In this document: positions 13,668 to 26,359 of the stretch, one piece after another
How the letters are laid out: the number at the start of each line of letters is the position of its first letter
Position numbering within the stretch: position 1 is the first letter of the stretch
DNA from: Eledone cirrhosa
Lineage: Eukaryota
NCBI GenBank assembly: GCA_964016885.1
Contig: OZ024741.1
Location: forward strand, 120,032,001 to 120,096,000
Length of the DNA: 64,000 bases
Direction: 5' to 3'
Program-made: the position numbers and the translations under genes
Notes under the pieces: generated by a model
Database searches by the model: none
Told to the model about the DNA's origin: nothing
What the model saw: only the letters and a program-made list of their open reading frames with translations

Positions 13668-15324
13668 CAATGGTTGATCACATCTGGCCTGTATAACATA
13701 ATACCGTACTGCCTTGAGGCCACTTATGTCCCAGTGAGCCTGGTTCCTTTATATATATAAAAAAGACGTGTTTTCAAAGAACTGAGCAGCCCTGGATAGA
13801 TTAAGTTACCAATCTGCTGATACCAGGGATTTCTCTCTGTGATTTTGTCTGTACACTCGTTCTGAGAGAAAATCATTGCCGGTCAGCTGCAAAAGTATTG
13901 ACCAGTATAGAAACAATTCAGCGAAGATATTATTTCATTACATTTTCATATGTAATATGTAGCCTCAGCACCATTTCTTTTGCAGTTAAAAAATATTTTA
14001 AGAAACTATATCTTACAAGAGAGAATATAAATAACATTTATGTCGGCATGACAGCAGGAAAAAATGCCAAAGTGTTCATTTCATTTGAATTTATCTAGCA
14101 CATTACCTATGGCATCAAAAACCTGGCCTAAGAATAGTCTATCTATGTCTAAATTAAAAATTTCTATTAAAAATCTATATATGTGGGGTATACTATTTAA
14201 TTATTATTTTATATCAACAAGTAAATAAAGGAAATTGCTAGAATGATTTATAAACGTAGAAAAACATATGACGTCATAGTTTGTTTACAAAATCTACGAA
14301 GGTTTGAACGAAAATTTAAGGCTATAGAGAAAAAAAGTGAAAGGCTTAAAATATGCTGAGAAAACTGAATTAATACATTGTAGAATATAATGAAATATGT
14401 GAAAAAAAATGTGTGAAAAAAAATGTGTAAAAAAAATATATATGTTTAAGAAATTAACCGTTATTCGTGGAATATGTTATAGGAATTAGCGATATACTTT
14501 GTAGAACTGTCTTGAAGGATTTATCATTACAAAGACCAAATAAATCTGTACGTCTATTTATTATAGAGTTGAAATTCGAGATAATGGTAAATTTTTCAGC
14601 TAGACATAAATTACAAACACTAGATATGGAAGCATTTCAGTATGGAGAAGCGTTTCAGATTTTACACCAAGAAATTTTATAATTAATGTTTTTGTCTTTT
14701 AAAGACCAAATAAGTTCTGAGAGTGCGGTGTTGGTCCTTTTAAGTGGATATTCAAATGTAGAAGAATGATTATAGAGTCTTGCTTTAAAAGAGGTAGAAG
14801 TAGAGCCAATGTAGGTATAGGTATTTGTACTAGTTAGCACTTTACATTCGTATACTAGGTTTTTATCGAGACAGAAATTACTAAGAGGACAATTAGTTCT
14901 AATAGGGCAGTTGCATTTACGATTAAGATTATTAACAGAGTTATTTGCAAGCGGCCCAGGATTAATTATATTAGGAACTGGAGTGGTGGAATTAGCTAAA
15001 GGAGCTGCTAAAGTTTCTAGATTTACATTATTATTTGAAGTATTCCTCAAAGTTACAATTGACGTCGTATTTATACTTGTGTTATTTTGCCTAGCGTTTA
15101 CATTGCCGTCGGGCCTTACAGTGTTATTATTATGACTCTCGTGGTTGGATGCATATGAGTTATTATTTACTATTTTAGAATTATGTCTTGAGATAATTTT
15201 AGAAATGTTGGAAGTAGTGGAATATGAGAATTTAATAGTATGCTTATTGAAAATCTTACTATATTTATGTGAAGGAGGGAAGCTGTTATCTAAAGCCCTA
15301 AAAAATAATTTAGGGATGCCCTTG

Positions 15325-15448
15325 TCATTCTGAGTTCAAATTCCGCCGAGGTTTACTTTGCCTTTCATCCTTACGGGGTCGATAAAATAAAATACCAGTA
15401 ATGCACTGGGTAATTGCTGGCCTTGTGCCAAAAGTAGAAACAATTATT
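15325..15448 (+). mobile_element. 5'-truncated SINE inside the PLE
   Basis: B-box through tail of the SINE family. Confidence 0.85.
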
Positions 15449-15902
15449 AATAACTGAAAGAGAGAAGGGAGCGTTGTACCAAAGGATATTTTTATATCTA
15501 GGTCTCCTTCCTTTTGCTAGTGGTATTATTAATACTAGCTACATTACTATAAGTTCTGCCAAGATTAGTTTCCTTAGTGTTTCTAATTGTGTCTGGATAC
15601 CCAGCCCTAGATAACGCATTATTATAATAGTTGGCATTAGCTTCGAAGATATCTTTATTAGAGGATAAATTAGAAATTCTTTTTTCTACACTTCTGACTA
15701 TAGCAGTTTTAACATTATTAGGGTGGTTAGATTTAAAGTTAACGTAATTTAGGTTCTCATTATCCTTATGATATGGGTAATATAGGCCAGTATCTAGATT
15801 AAGGGATATATCAAGAAAATTTGCTAATTTATCATTATTCTCGAATTCTATTTTTAAGTTAAGATGCTTAAATAGTTCAAGTATATTTTTCTTAATAATA
15901 TT

Positions 15903-16087
15903 TGTTTCTACTTTTGGCATAAGGCCAGCAAATTACCCAGTACATTACTGGTACTTTATTTTATCGACCCCGTAAGGATGAAAGGCAAAGTTAACCTCGG
16001 CGGGATTTGAACTCAGTTCGTAAAGGGACGTAACTGTGCTGCAAAGCATGGCGTCTGACCTTCTACTGATACTGCCAATCCACCGCC
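15903..16087 (-). mobile_element. Full SINE with 18-bp TSD inside the PLE
   Basis: ATTTTTCTTAATAATATT is duplicated at 15885-15902 and 16088-16105. Confidence 0.9.
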
Positions 16088-17112
16088 ATTTTTCTTAATA
16101 ATATTAAAGTTTACTTTGTTGCAATTAGAGACAGTAAAAAGAGCATCATCACGATAAATACCACCGCGAAGTTGAGGAATTTTCCGTTTTAAAGAGTTCA
16201 AGATGAAAATTCCAACCAAGTCGGTCAATTGAGCTGAATCCGACGAACTCATGGTGATGTCGAAATTGTTGGAAGTATCCGCTCTTGTCATTGTTAAATT
16301 CCAAGATTGTTTTCCTTGCGGTGAGAATGATGTTTAATTCATCAGTAGTGATGTCCGAGTATTTTAAGGCATATGAGAGAGCCTTGTTAAGGAGTGAAGG
16401 GGAAATAGAAGAGTAATAGCTAGCAATGTCTAGTTGAATCAATTTTAGTTTGTTTTTATTATTCAGGTCATTGAACCAGTATATCACATCAGAACAACCC
16501 GACCATAAATTCAATTGAGATTTAGAGCTAACCTGTGGGATAATTCTATCCAAGATGGATTTACTAACGACCCCCAGGTCAGATTTAGAAGAGGCAATTA
16601 GTCTTACAGCCAAGTCGGTTCTAAAATTTCATTTGTGATCCTTGAGACTAATCCTCGGAATTCTTAGGAAGAAGGGTTCTGCTTTTTTCTCAATACCGAG
16701 TTTGGTTATAATCTCATATGCTTCACTATTAATAGAATCAAGATTATCGTACGTAGTTTTACGATAATTTTTTCTTAATTCTTTAAGGATAAGGTTATTA
16801 TATTTATCCTTACTTATGCCATATAAATTATTTGTTTTGTCAGAATGAACTAAAACGTTTTTAGAAGAATTAAGGTCATTAATTTTATTCTTAAGGTTGA
16901 TAAGGTGTCCCTAACGTCGATAAGGGTTTCTTTTGAATTTAAGTCCTCGTATAATTTTAGTTAATTCATTTTCAAAATGTGCTAAGTTTTTATTAAAGGA
17001 AGGATTTCTTCTGGAGTTAAATAATGAATCGAGGTTATTAGGTTCCTTTCTATAAAAATTTCCTTTTAAGCGCTGGTCATGGAAATGTGAGATCCATCTA
17101 AACCTCGGCACA

Positions 17113-17330
17113 ATAACGCACCAGAGTACTCGATACTTTGAGTAGTAGAATGGGTAATAGGAAAAGAGTCAGGACCCCGACGACAGAGCTCAAGCCGTTT
17201 CGACGGGTCAAAACGGCTTGAGCTCTGCCGTCGGGGTCCTAACTATTTTCTTATTACCCATTCTACAACCCAAAGTATCGAGTACTCTGGTGCGTTATGG
17301 TCCTCCTGGTTCCTTACCACACTTCGTTCG
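17113..17330. repeat. Foldback PLE-terminus remnant (~88-bp inverted arms, HHR stem III half)
   Basis: 17113-17200 is the reverse complement of 17211-17298. Contains AAA-CGGC-ttgagctct-GCCG-TC-GGGG. Same family as 48541-48843. Ends at (TA)n. Confidence 0.75.
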
Positions 17331-17352
17331 TTATATATATATATATATATAC

Positions 17353-17601
17353 GTAGTTCCACAACAGTTAGTTCACCATACCGAGAACAAATGTTTCACC
17401 TCATTCGGATCCTCAGCTTGATAGGGACTCAGGATCCAAAACGTACTTGAGTGACGAGAGAAGACACCATTGTCGGGTCGATTGTGTATTGAGGATCCGA
17501 ATAAGGTGAAAAATTTGTACTCGGTATGGTGAATTAACTGTTGTGGAACTACTTCTACCAAACTCTACTACTACGGATATAACCGACCAGTGATCTACTA
17601 T
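17353..17601. repeat. Foldback HHR cassette between (TA)n tracts
   Basis: Inverted arms 17353-17415 and 17490-17553. HHR on the minus strand at 17382-17420: CAAG-CTGAGGA-TCC gaatga GGT-GAAA-CA TT TG-TT-CTCG. Family member at 43348-43500. Confidence 0.75.
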
Positions 17602-17625
17602 TATATATATATATATATTTATGGG

Positions 17626-17719
<94 letters not shown>

Positions 17720-17744
17720 GGAGAGAGAGAGAGAAAGAGAGAGA

Positions 17745-18724
17745 TTCTTTATCTGAAAACGTGTGTTGAAACCGATATTGTTATACTTTGGGAGGGTCAT
17801 GTTGCCAATAAGAAACACACTCTCCAGTTGCTTTCACTCCAATTTATTATAAATTAAATTTATAAATTTAAGAATTTATAAATTTCCGTTTGGTTGGTTG
17901 GTTCCACAACCGGACGGTTGTTCATATATTGTCAAAGTTCTTTCGTCACACATTCTGTGACCTCTTCAGTGACTGGGGATTCTTCTCTTTGTTTTGTGCC
18001 TCTCCTTTGTTCTGTCCTACGCCATCTTGTTTTTGTGTGTGTTGTGTGCTTAGTTTGCGCATATGTTACATCCGGTGTCTGTGTGTGTTTGTATTTGTTT
18101 ATTTATTTATTTATTTGTTTAATTACATGTTACTGGTTGGTTGTTTGTTCTATGTGTGTGTGTTTTCATTTTGTTCTTAATTGTAAGTTGTGATGTTGCT
18201 ATTCCATTCATGTTTTCTATTTAATTTTGGTTGGAGTTCATTTATGTTTATTGCTTCTGTGATTTGTCTAAACATTGCGTCTTTTCTATGTGTAGATTTT
18301 ATTTTATTTTTATTTCTATGTTCTCTAATTTTCCCTTATGTTCTATTTTAACATATTGGTGGAGTACTGATTAATCTTTTCTATCTTTTCTATCTTGAAG
18401 CTCTCGCCAGTGTTCATTTAATCGTTCTCCTATACTACGAGCTGTCTCACCTATTTACACTATATTCTTATCTTTACATTGTCCTTCAGTACATCTTATG
18501 CTATATACTATGTTTCTAGTTTTAAAGTTAATATGTGGGCTTAGTTTACAGATTATGCATTTCTTATCTATACAGGGAGGTCTTTGAAAATATATGAACA
18601 ACCATCCGGTTGTGGAACCAACCAACCAACCAACCGGAAATTTATAAATTTAATTTATAATAAATTGGAGTGAAAGCAACTAGTGCGTGTGTTTCTTATT
18701 GGCAACATGACTCTCCCAAAGTAT

Positions 18725-18732
<8 letters not shown>
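17745..18732 (-). mobile_element. 5'-truncated PLE (GIY-YIG remnant, HHR, inverted terminal copy)
   Basis: Minus-strand translation RNIVYSIRC..IGETARSIGERLNEH..RQITEAINI..LNRKHEW. HHR at 17931-17973(-). Inverted arms ~17775-17937 and 18582-18732. Abuts microsatellites. Confidence 0.8.
17931..17973 (-). ncRNA. Minimal type-I hammerhead ribozyme
   Basis: GTCA-CTGAAGA-G-GTCACA gaatg TGTGAC-GAAA-GAAC-TT-TGAC. Confidence 0.75.
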
Positions 18733-18803
<71 letters not shown>

Positions 18804-18810
<7 letters not shown>

Positions 18811-19188
18811 GTTTGTATATGTATAATAAAGCCAAAACAATGCAGGTATGGTCATAGAATAAAGAATGCAAATGCAAAAGATATTGTTGACAATTAGTCT
18901 TTTACCATAGATTTATTTAAATGTCCTTAATTTTCGAGATAATATCTCTTGACTTGGCAAGCTATTTAGAACACTGGTTTAACCGCTTTACTTCCCTCCG
19001 AAGAAGAGATATTATCTCGAAAATTAAGGACATTTAAATAAATCTAAGGTAAAAGACTAATTGTCAACAATATCTTTTGCATTTGCATTCTTTTTTCTAT
19101 GTCCATACCTGCATTGTTTTGGCTTTATTATACATATACAAACGTTTATACCTCATTACACAATGCTTCAAGTGAACTATAACCTCCT

Positions 19189-19190
<2 letters not shown>
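18804..19190. repeat. Foldback cassette (147-bp inverted arms) with a variant HHR, between (TA)n tracts
   Basis: 18804-18950 is the near-exact reverse complement of 19004-19150. HHR-like motif 18995-19029(+): CCT-CCGAAGA-A-GAGAT att ATCTC-GAAA-AT-TA-AGG. Confidence 0.75.
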
Positions 19191-19236
<46 letters not shown>

Positions 19237-20198
19237 TTGAAAAAGGGGGAAGAGTTTCACACAAATCAAAGTTTATATGGACTGACTTATGTATTATTCT
19301 AGTTGTGAGAATTTTTTTTTTTGTTCTATTTGTATATGTACTTTCTTCGCTGATTTTTCTAATCAAAAGAGTTCTCCTATTTTTATATCCACTATTGCTC
19401 ATGTCATGCGATATACTCTCCCGTGATTTGATAAAAAATTAGAGAAATCAAAATTATCTTATCGTAATTACAACCATGATACGTCTCATCAGGTAAACTC
19501 GTTTTGTTTCTTCTTTCCTATTTTCAACTTTATGATGATCCGTAATATTTATATGGATATAAAGCAAAGTAATGATCGAGAGATATCATAGAAATCAGAG
19601 CGGAGTAATTATTTGGGGGATAAGAAGCTGCATAATAAGCATCTAAAATATATCTGAAACTAAATTAGAAGTTTACGGTTGATGATTCGAACTGCTGGGT
19701 AGAGAAGCTAAGAAAATATTCTTTATATCCGGTAAGCATGTTAACCGGAAATCAAGTGGATTTATATCGCCAGGAAATGAATGGTCTCATATTTCGGACA
19801 TTTCAAATATATTCAACATTATACGATATTTATTACTGAGATTTTCAACAAGAAACATATTTATTCAAAAATAGGGTTTTAAACATAAAAAATATTTTCC
19901 CTCTACCGTGCTACACATTATAGCTTCATGTCACTCTGGGATCTCCATTATATAAAAAAGAGCACAATAATGTTTTTCTAGGAATTCAGTTGCTCGTCTT
20001 ATAAAAGGCGACTGAGTGGAGACAATGGTAGGGTGCTGTACTAAATATGACTGAAATTCCTTTGTGATTGTTTTGGGGTTAGGGTTGGGGTTAGGGTTAG
20101 GGTAATTAATAAAATGAACCTCATTACACCGAGATCGATTGAACTGGCTTTATGAGGTTCCTCTGTAACAGTATAATACATAATTATTTGTCAATAGA

Positions 20199-20372
20199 AG
20201 GGCAGCGGATTGGCAGTATCAGGCGTCAGACAACATGCTTTGCAGCATAGCGTTTATGATCTGAGTTCAAATCCCGCCGAGGTTAACTTTGCCTTTCATC
20301 CTTACGGGGTCGATAAAATAAAGTACCAGTAATGTACTGGGTAATTGCTGGCCTTGTGCCAATAGTAGAAAC
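20199..20372 (+). mobile_element. SINE with 17-bp TSD
   Basis: AATTATTTGTCAATAGA at 20182-20198 and 20373-20389. Confidence 0.9.
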
Positions 20373-21879
20373 AATTATTTGTCAATAGATTTACAAGGAC
20401 GTGAATCACAGCTAGTCGAACAAAATAAACATATGCCGCAAAGTCATGAAAGAAGAGCTTTATTTGAGAAAAAAAATTGGCATGAATAATCTTGAGACGC
20501 TTCTACTCAATGAATCCACCGTCGGCATCGATGACTTCTTCAATACGAGGTCTGAAACGATGACATTTGTCCACAGATTTATAAGGACGTGAATCATAGT
20601 TGGAATAGAAGAAACATAGAAACATCATTTTATATACATTTTGTAGAATTAAACATTCGACATGTCGCAAGATCATGATAACGTCTTTCCAGAAGCCTGG
20701 TTAAAATGTTTGAAATTAGGGAACTCAGCCGTGTACTAGCGGTTGATTTAAGCTCTCCCTGTTACGATAGCTTTGTCAGAGGTTCGGTCGTTTTCATTTA
20801 CTAAATCACCACATGTCATTGGCGTTTCGAATCACACGATCGGCAATGGTGTCCTCTCTCCTCACTCAACTACGTTTTGGATCCCGAGTCCCTACCGCAT
20901 AAATTGGAGGCAACACTCTCGAATTTGGACACAGGATAACCATGTTGGTATACACGAACATCATTACTTCATTATGTAGTCGGCATAAGTACAGTATAAC
21001 CAGGAAAAGTTGGTGGACTGGCAACATGGCAACTGGAAAGGTAGTTCCACACAGGTCAACAGTAAAAGCTGGACCGACGGCCCGGTTAAGATGTTTGGAA
21101 TATCATTTGATGAAGGTCTTCATGTGGATAGAAACTAAGAGGAGGTTACGAGCAGGTTGGCCACTCTCATTCAAACATGAATTGAGAGGCAGCTATTCCT
21201 GAAAGATTGGGTTGTGTTGAAGAGAGGAGAGAAAGAGGGGGAGAGAGAGACGGGGTACGAAAGAGACAGAGAGAGTGAGAAAGTGAGGATGATATACAGA
21301 GGAAGAATCGACCGCAGTACTTGATTGGTACTTTAGTTATCGAAAATATACGATATGTTTACGAATAAACATTTGGATGCCTTTAGCTATGAATTTTAAA
21401 AGGTGATGGCAGAGCGCCACATAACGAGCTCCAACAGAAGCGAAAATAAATTACCGACAGCTTTTTCTGGTTTATCAGACGTTGTCAAGATAATGCACCC
21501 CTCTATCTCGCTTACTGCTGAAGTCAAACTATAGGCAAATATAGTTTTAACGCTTATGTATATGGACTGATTATATTCACTTTCGTACGAAACTGCAGGC
21601 TGGCTCGGTCTGAACAAGAAATAGAATTGAGGTGTTCGCTCCAGCATAGCTATATACAAAATATAAGAATGTAAAGTTTGAATATCGGATATTATACGAT
21701 ATGTTTTACGAATAAACAATTGAATTTCCCTTTGTTTCTGCTGGAACTCGGTTAATTATTTTACTCGATATTATTGTAAATCCCTACTGTCTCCGTCTTT
21801 GTATTGTTATCTGTGTTTGGCCCTTGTGGCCAATGAGAAAGAAATTAATATTATTATTATCATTATTATATCAAGCATG

Positions 21880-22155
21880 GTAGATTGGCAGTATCGGTAG
21901 AGGGTCGGATGCCATGCTTTGCAGCAAAGAGTTACGGACTTTTATGGTCTGAGTTCAAATCCCGCCGGTGGATTGACAATATCGGTAGAGGGTCGGACGC
22001 CATGCTTTGACGCATAGAGTTACGGCCCTTGCCATTCTGAGTTCAAATCCCGCCGAGGTTAACTTTGCCTTTCATCCTTATGGGGTCGATAAAATAAAGT
22101 ACCAGTAATACACTGGGTATTTGCTGGCCTTGTGCCAAAAGTAGAAACAATTATT
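21880..22155 (+). mobile_element. SINE with duplicated tRNA-like head
   Basis: The head (through GAGTTCAAATCCCGCC) occurs at 21880-21967 and again from 21970, followed by body and tail. Confidence 0.85.
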
Positions 22156-22184
22156 ATTATTGTTATTATTATTGTTGTTATTCC

Positions 22185-23700
22185 TTGAATCTCAGTCATT
22201 GATGTTGGTTAACAGTCATTGAACATGGCCGTCAGCTTCGGGTGGAGGGATGTTAAATGTTTAATCCAATACCCCTGCACACCATCTGGGCCTGGTGATT
22301 TCCAGTTGGTTAGTTTTTTGGCTTGCCCCTTAAGAGTTTCAACTGTGATACTCAAATCAGTTTGTTGTTGTGCCTGCTCACCGATCTCCCTCTGTACTGT
22401 CTCAATCCACCCTGCCTGGGCATTGTGTCTAACATCCTGCTCCCATATTCCTCTCCAGAATGTTTTAGTTTGTTCCGCCCCAGGGATCAAGTCGTTGCCT
22501 CTTTCTTTCCCCTCAAGCTGTCCAAACAGCATCTTCTGGTTGTTGTCGAACATGCGGTTCTGTTTATACTGACTGACTCTGTTCTCGTATCGCCTGATTT
22601 TTGCACTCTTTGCTACAATGCGTTGCTTCAATTCCTCTATGATAATATTTAGCTTTTTACTCCTAGTTTTGTATTTTATTTCCAGTCTATTTTATAGTGC
22701 CTATGTTTTTTAGTGTCCCATTCAGTAGTGACTCAAGCTTTCCTATGTCATTCCTCATTTCCCCGATTTGCCCACTCAGTCGCTTCTTCCACCACGGCTC
22801 TGCTCTTTCTTGTCTGTTGTTTCCTCTCGCTTTTATACCAAGTAGTTTCCTCACCGTATTTGCTGTTGCTTTGAGGATATTGTTGCACTGGTGAAGGCTC
22901 CTCGCCTCAAGGTATGGGATGACTTTGTTTACCTTAGCTGTTGTTTCTTTTAACTTTTTCCTGTCTACAAATCTTAGGTTCATAGGTCTCCCACTATCAT
23001 TGTTCAATTCATCTACCACTAAATTTAGGATGTCAACCGAATCTTGTCCTAGCCCGTCAGCATTCATCTCCTCAGTGGCCGTATCTCTGTTCCAGGTATT
23101 ATTATTTATCTCAGTATTCAGATCATTGTCTGCTTCGGGTGGTTCCTCCGTTCTCAGGACCTCTTCACCTTCATTTCCCACTGGCTCGCTTGTCTGGCAT
23201 ACTACACCCGCCATCTCCAAGCCATTCTCTCTGCTCAGTTCCTCCAGTTCCAGCTCGCTTATCCACCCATTAGTTCTTATTACCCGAGCCTGCCCGGCCA
23301 ATTTTTGTTCATCTAATTTAAATAAACCAATCTCGTTCCAGATGTTATGCATCCGTCTCCTGTAGCCCCTCTCCTTGGGGTCACTTTTCAGGTAGCATTG
23401 CATAACAGTTCTATTCAATTCTTTCGTCCAGTTGGTTCTGGCCCCTTTCCTTCTTCTTCCTCCAACATCAGCAGTATTTGGTTGACAGTCAGGTTCCTGC
23501 TGCTGAGCCAGGGGGCACCTGTTGGGTGAGAGTCTGTCACATGACGTTCTAGTCTCCATTTCACCGTTATTCGAACTGTTTATGTTCGATATTTAAACAC
23601 TCTTATCGAGGATTGGCGAATGTATAGTTACATAGCCATCTGTGGGTCCGCCATCCCACTTGGCCCTTGTGTGGCATTATCACCACGCTGTATACGAACA
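22185..23700 (-). mobile_element. Dong/R4-clade LINE, 5' part
   Basis: ORF 22687-23559 (WTKELN..MQCY..RGYRRRMHNIW..EQKLAGQARVI) and ORF 22209-22631 (NWKSPGPDGVQGYWIK, start of RT). Confidence 0.85.
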
Positions 23701-24642
23701 CACATAAACAAACAAACACACAGGCAGAAAGGGCCCCAAAAATGAATAAGCATAAGTTTCATTGTAATGTAGTGTTCGAATGTCTGACTTAGTTTTTGTT
23801 TTTTAAGTTTTACTTTTTCCCCCCTCTTCTCTGTCCGTCCGCCTGCTTCTCTCTTCATTCTTATTTTCTTTACGTTTTTGGGGTTTCTTTTTTTGTTTTT
23901 GTTTTTCTCTGTTTGTTTTTCTCGTTTTTGCTGTTGTTGCTGTGCTGCTTTGGTTTTGTTGTTTGTTTTTTCTTTTTTCTTTTGAGTCTATCTATATATT
24001 TTGATGTCTTCCTCTTTGTTAGTAGTAGGAATTCTATAATGTGGTGGCAGCAGCCAGCTGAAAGAAGTGGGAGACTGGCGGCGGTAGCGATACTGAGACA
24101 GTGGTGGTGGTGATGTCGATACCGAGGCAGTGGTGGCGGTGATGTGACCGTATTACTGTAGTGATGGTGCTGTAGCGGTGGCAGTAGTGAAGGAGTCAAG
24201 GGGTGGTGGCGGCGGTGATGGGATAGTGGTGGTAATGATGGCCGTAGTGAGCGGTGGCGGTGAAGGTGAAAATGCCGTTATCTGGCTGTTGTGTTTAGTG
24301 TACACAGGTGATGGGGTGGGTGGTGTATCTAGTTTCTGGTGTTGGTGAATTTGGCTGTCCTATATAGTGTAGCCAGAGGAGAGGAGGGGGGGGGGGGTTC
24401 TTCTTCCATTTATAGCCATTTTCTTTTTTTGGATATACAGTGTACAATACAAAGTTGAATATTTGAATATTTGAGCCTTATAACAATATATTTTGGGTCC
24501 GAATTTTTTGGGGCTCAAGCCGGGTGCTTTACGTAGCATTTGTACTAAGAGTTGTTATTTCACAAATGATTTAAATATGTTAAAAATTCAAAACTTACGG
24601 GAGCGATTTCATGACCTCCGTCACCTCGTGCGTCTTCTTCCC

Positions 24643-24691
<49 letters not shown>

Positions 24692-24900
24692 TGATTGGCA
24701 GTATCGGTAGAGCATCAGACACCATGCTTTGCAGCACAGAGTTATGGTCCTTTACGTTCTGAGTTCAAATCCCGCCGAGGTTAACTTTGCCTTTCATCCT
24801 TACGGGGTCGATAAAATGAAAAACCATTAACCTACTGGGGTCGATTCATTCGACTTTCCCCTCCCCACAAATTACTGGCCTTGTGCTCATACTAGAATTT
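24692..24900 (+). mobile_element. SINE (long variant) in (TAT)n
   Basis: Family match with an extra internal segment GTCGATTCATTCGACTTTCCCCTCCCC. Confidence 0.85.
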
Positions 24901-25210
24901 ATTATTATTATTATTATTATTTAATGTATTTTCATTTATGCATTTTTAGGAACTTTTCTTTCTTATTTTTATGTTGTGTAGTGGGTATGATTTTGACATT
25001 ATCTAATGTATATTCTGGTGTAATTCTTGTTTGCATACGATGTAATACCCGGAGTTTACCTGATCCTCCACCTGGCAATCTTTTCGTATCACTGATATTT
25101 TCTTTGTTTCATGCAGTATTTGAATATACCACGACTCCCTATCACTTTTCCTTCACTATACTCTTCTTACTTCCACCTTCTCCTTCTCACCCGTCTAATT
25201 TCTTACACTT

Positions 25211-25246
25211 TCTTCTGATGAAGGACTAGCGTCCGAAACGTTGGGG
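25211..25246 (+). ncRNA. Minimal HHR-like motif
   Basis: TCTT-CTGATGA-A-GGAC tagc GTCC-GAAA-CG-TT-GGGG. Palindromic ACGT stem III; weak G.U-rich stem I. Confidence 0.55.
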
Positions 25247-25328
25247 CTCTCTTCATACTATTTCAAGCGTTAAACTAATATATTCCTTCCATATTCTGTA
25301 CCGATTGTGTTGATATTTCTGTTTACCT

Positions 25329-25360
<32 letters not shown>

Positions 25361-25551
25361 CATACATACATACATACATACATACATACATACATACATA
25401 CATAATGGCTGCCTCCTCGTTATCGAGTATGGCCATTGCACGATATACAATTATTAATAATTATTAATTAATTCTATCGTGCAATGCCTGTGCATGAAGA
25501 TATTTCTTAAAGTGAGGAAAGACTGTGCATATATACATACATATATATATT

Positions 25552-25615
<64 letters not shown>

Positions 25616-25684
25616 CGGCTTGACCGCATGCGTTGGGCAGGGAGCATAATATTTACTTGCTATACCTTATAGCGTGGAAATAGG

Positions 25685-25765
25685 GCTGTCTGAAGATTCA
25701 TTTCTTTCCATTGGAAATTCGTTGGATTTCCAATCTTTCGGAATGATGAAACCGTCGGTAACAGC
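25685..25765 (+). ncRNA. Type-I hammerhead ribozyme with extended stem II
   Basis: GCTGT-CTGAAGA-[TCATTTC..ATTGGAAAT/ATTTCCAAT..GGAATGA]-GAAA-CC gtc GG-TA-ACAGC. Perfect 5-bp stem I and a GUA cleavage triplet. Confidence 0.85.
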
Positions 25766-25841
25766 ATCTGAACAGCTGATTATTTAATCATTTTTTAATT
25801 TATTTAGAAAATTGTTTAATAACCGTTTGTTTCGCTACTTT

Positions 25842-25876
<35 letters not shown>

Positions 25877-25880
25877 AATA

Positions 25881-26155
25881 TATAATAAACAATACAATAT
25901 AATTACCTCATTACCAGAGGTTTCCCGAATAAGACGAATACAAGAAACGTCCTCATTCGTTCGTCAGACAAGACAAATTGCCTTGTCTGACGAACGAACG
26001 AATGAGGACGTTTCTTGTATTCGTTTATTCGGGAAACCTCTGGTAATGAGGTAATTATATTGTATTGTTTATTATACATTAAATTTAGCTCTGTAACTTA
26101 CATAGAGCACTCTTCACTCCTATAACCTTTTCGATTTTCAACGGAAACTTCAATA

Positions 26156-26158
<3 letters not shown>
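25881..26158. repeat. Near-perfect palindrome of two back-to-back hammerheads, between (TA)n tracts
   Basis: Arms 25881-25972 and 25982-26076 with a 9-nt spacer. Each arm reads CTTGT-CTGACGA-stem II-GAAA-CC tct GG-TA-ATGAG. Confidence 0.85.
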
Positions 26159-26191
<33 letters not shown>

Positions 26192-26292
26192 TATTGAAGT
26201 TTATTTAAATTGTTGGGATAGAATAAGCAATATATATATATATATATATATATATTATTTACTATTATTGTAATATTATCATTTCAATGAAT

Positions 26293-26359
<67 letters not shown>

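Larger units (their letters stand above)
14460..17111 (-). mobile_element. Penelope-like element (RT and GIY-YIG), decayed, with two nested SINEs
   Basis: QLDIASYYSSI, GIYRDD and CNCPIRTNCPLSNFCLDKNLVYEC..YIGSTSTSFKARLYNH. Paralogous to 59363-61144. Confidence 0.9.

Noticed and set aside
20075-20103. (TTAGGG)-like run
   Set aside because: Only about four imperfect interstitial units; not a telomere.
23600-23700. Possible HDV-like ribozyme at the 5' end of the Dong/R4 element; also RTE-UTR-like repeats at ~38520-38745 and ~39490-39645
   Set aside because: I could not assemble the nested double pseudoknot by eye.
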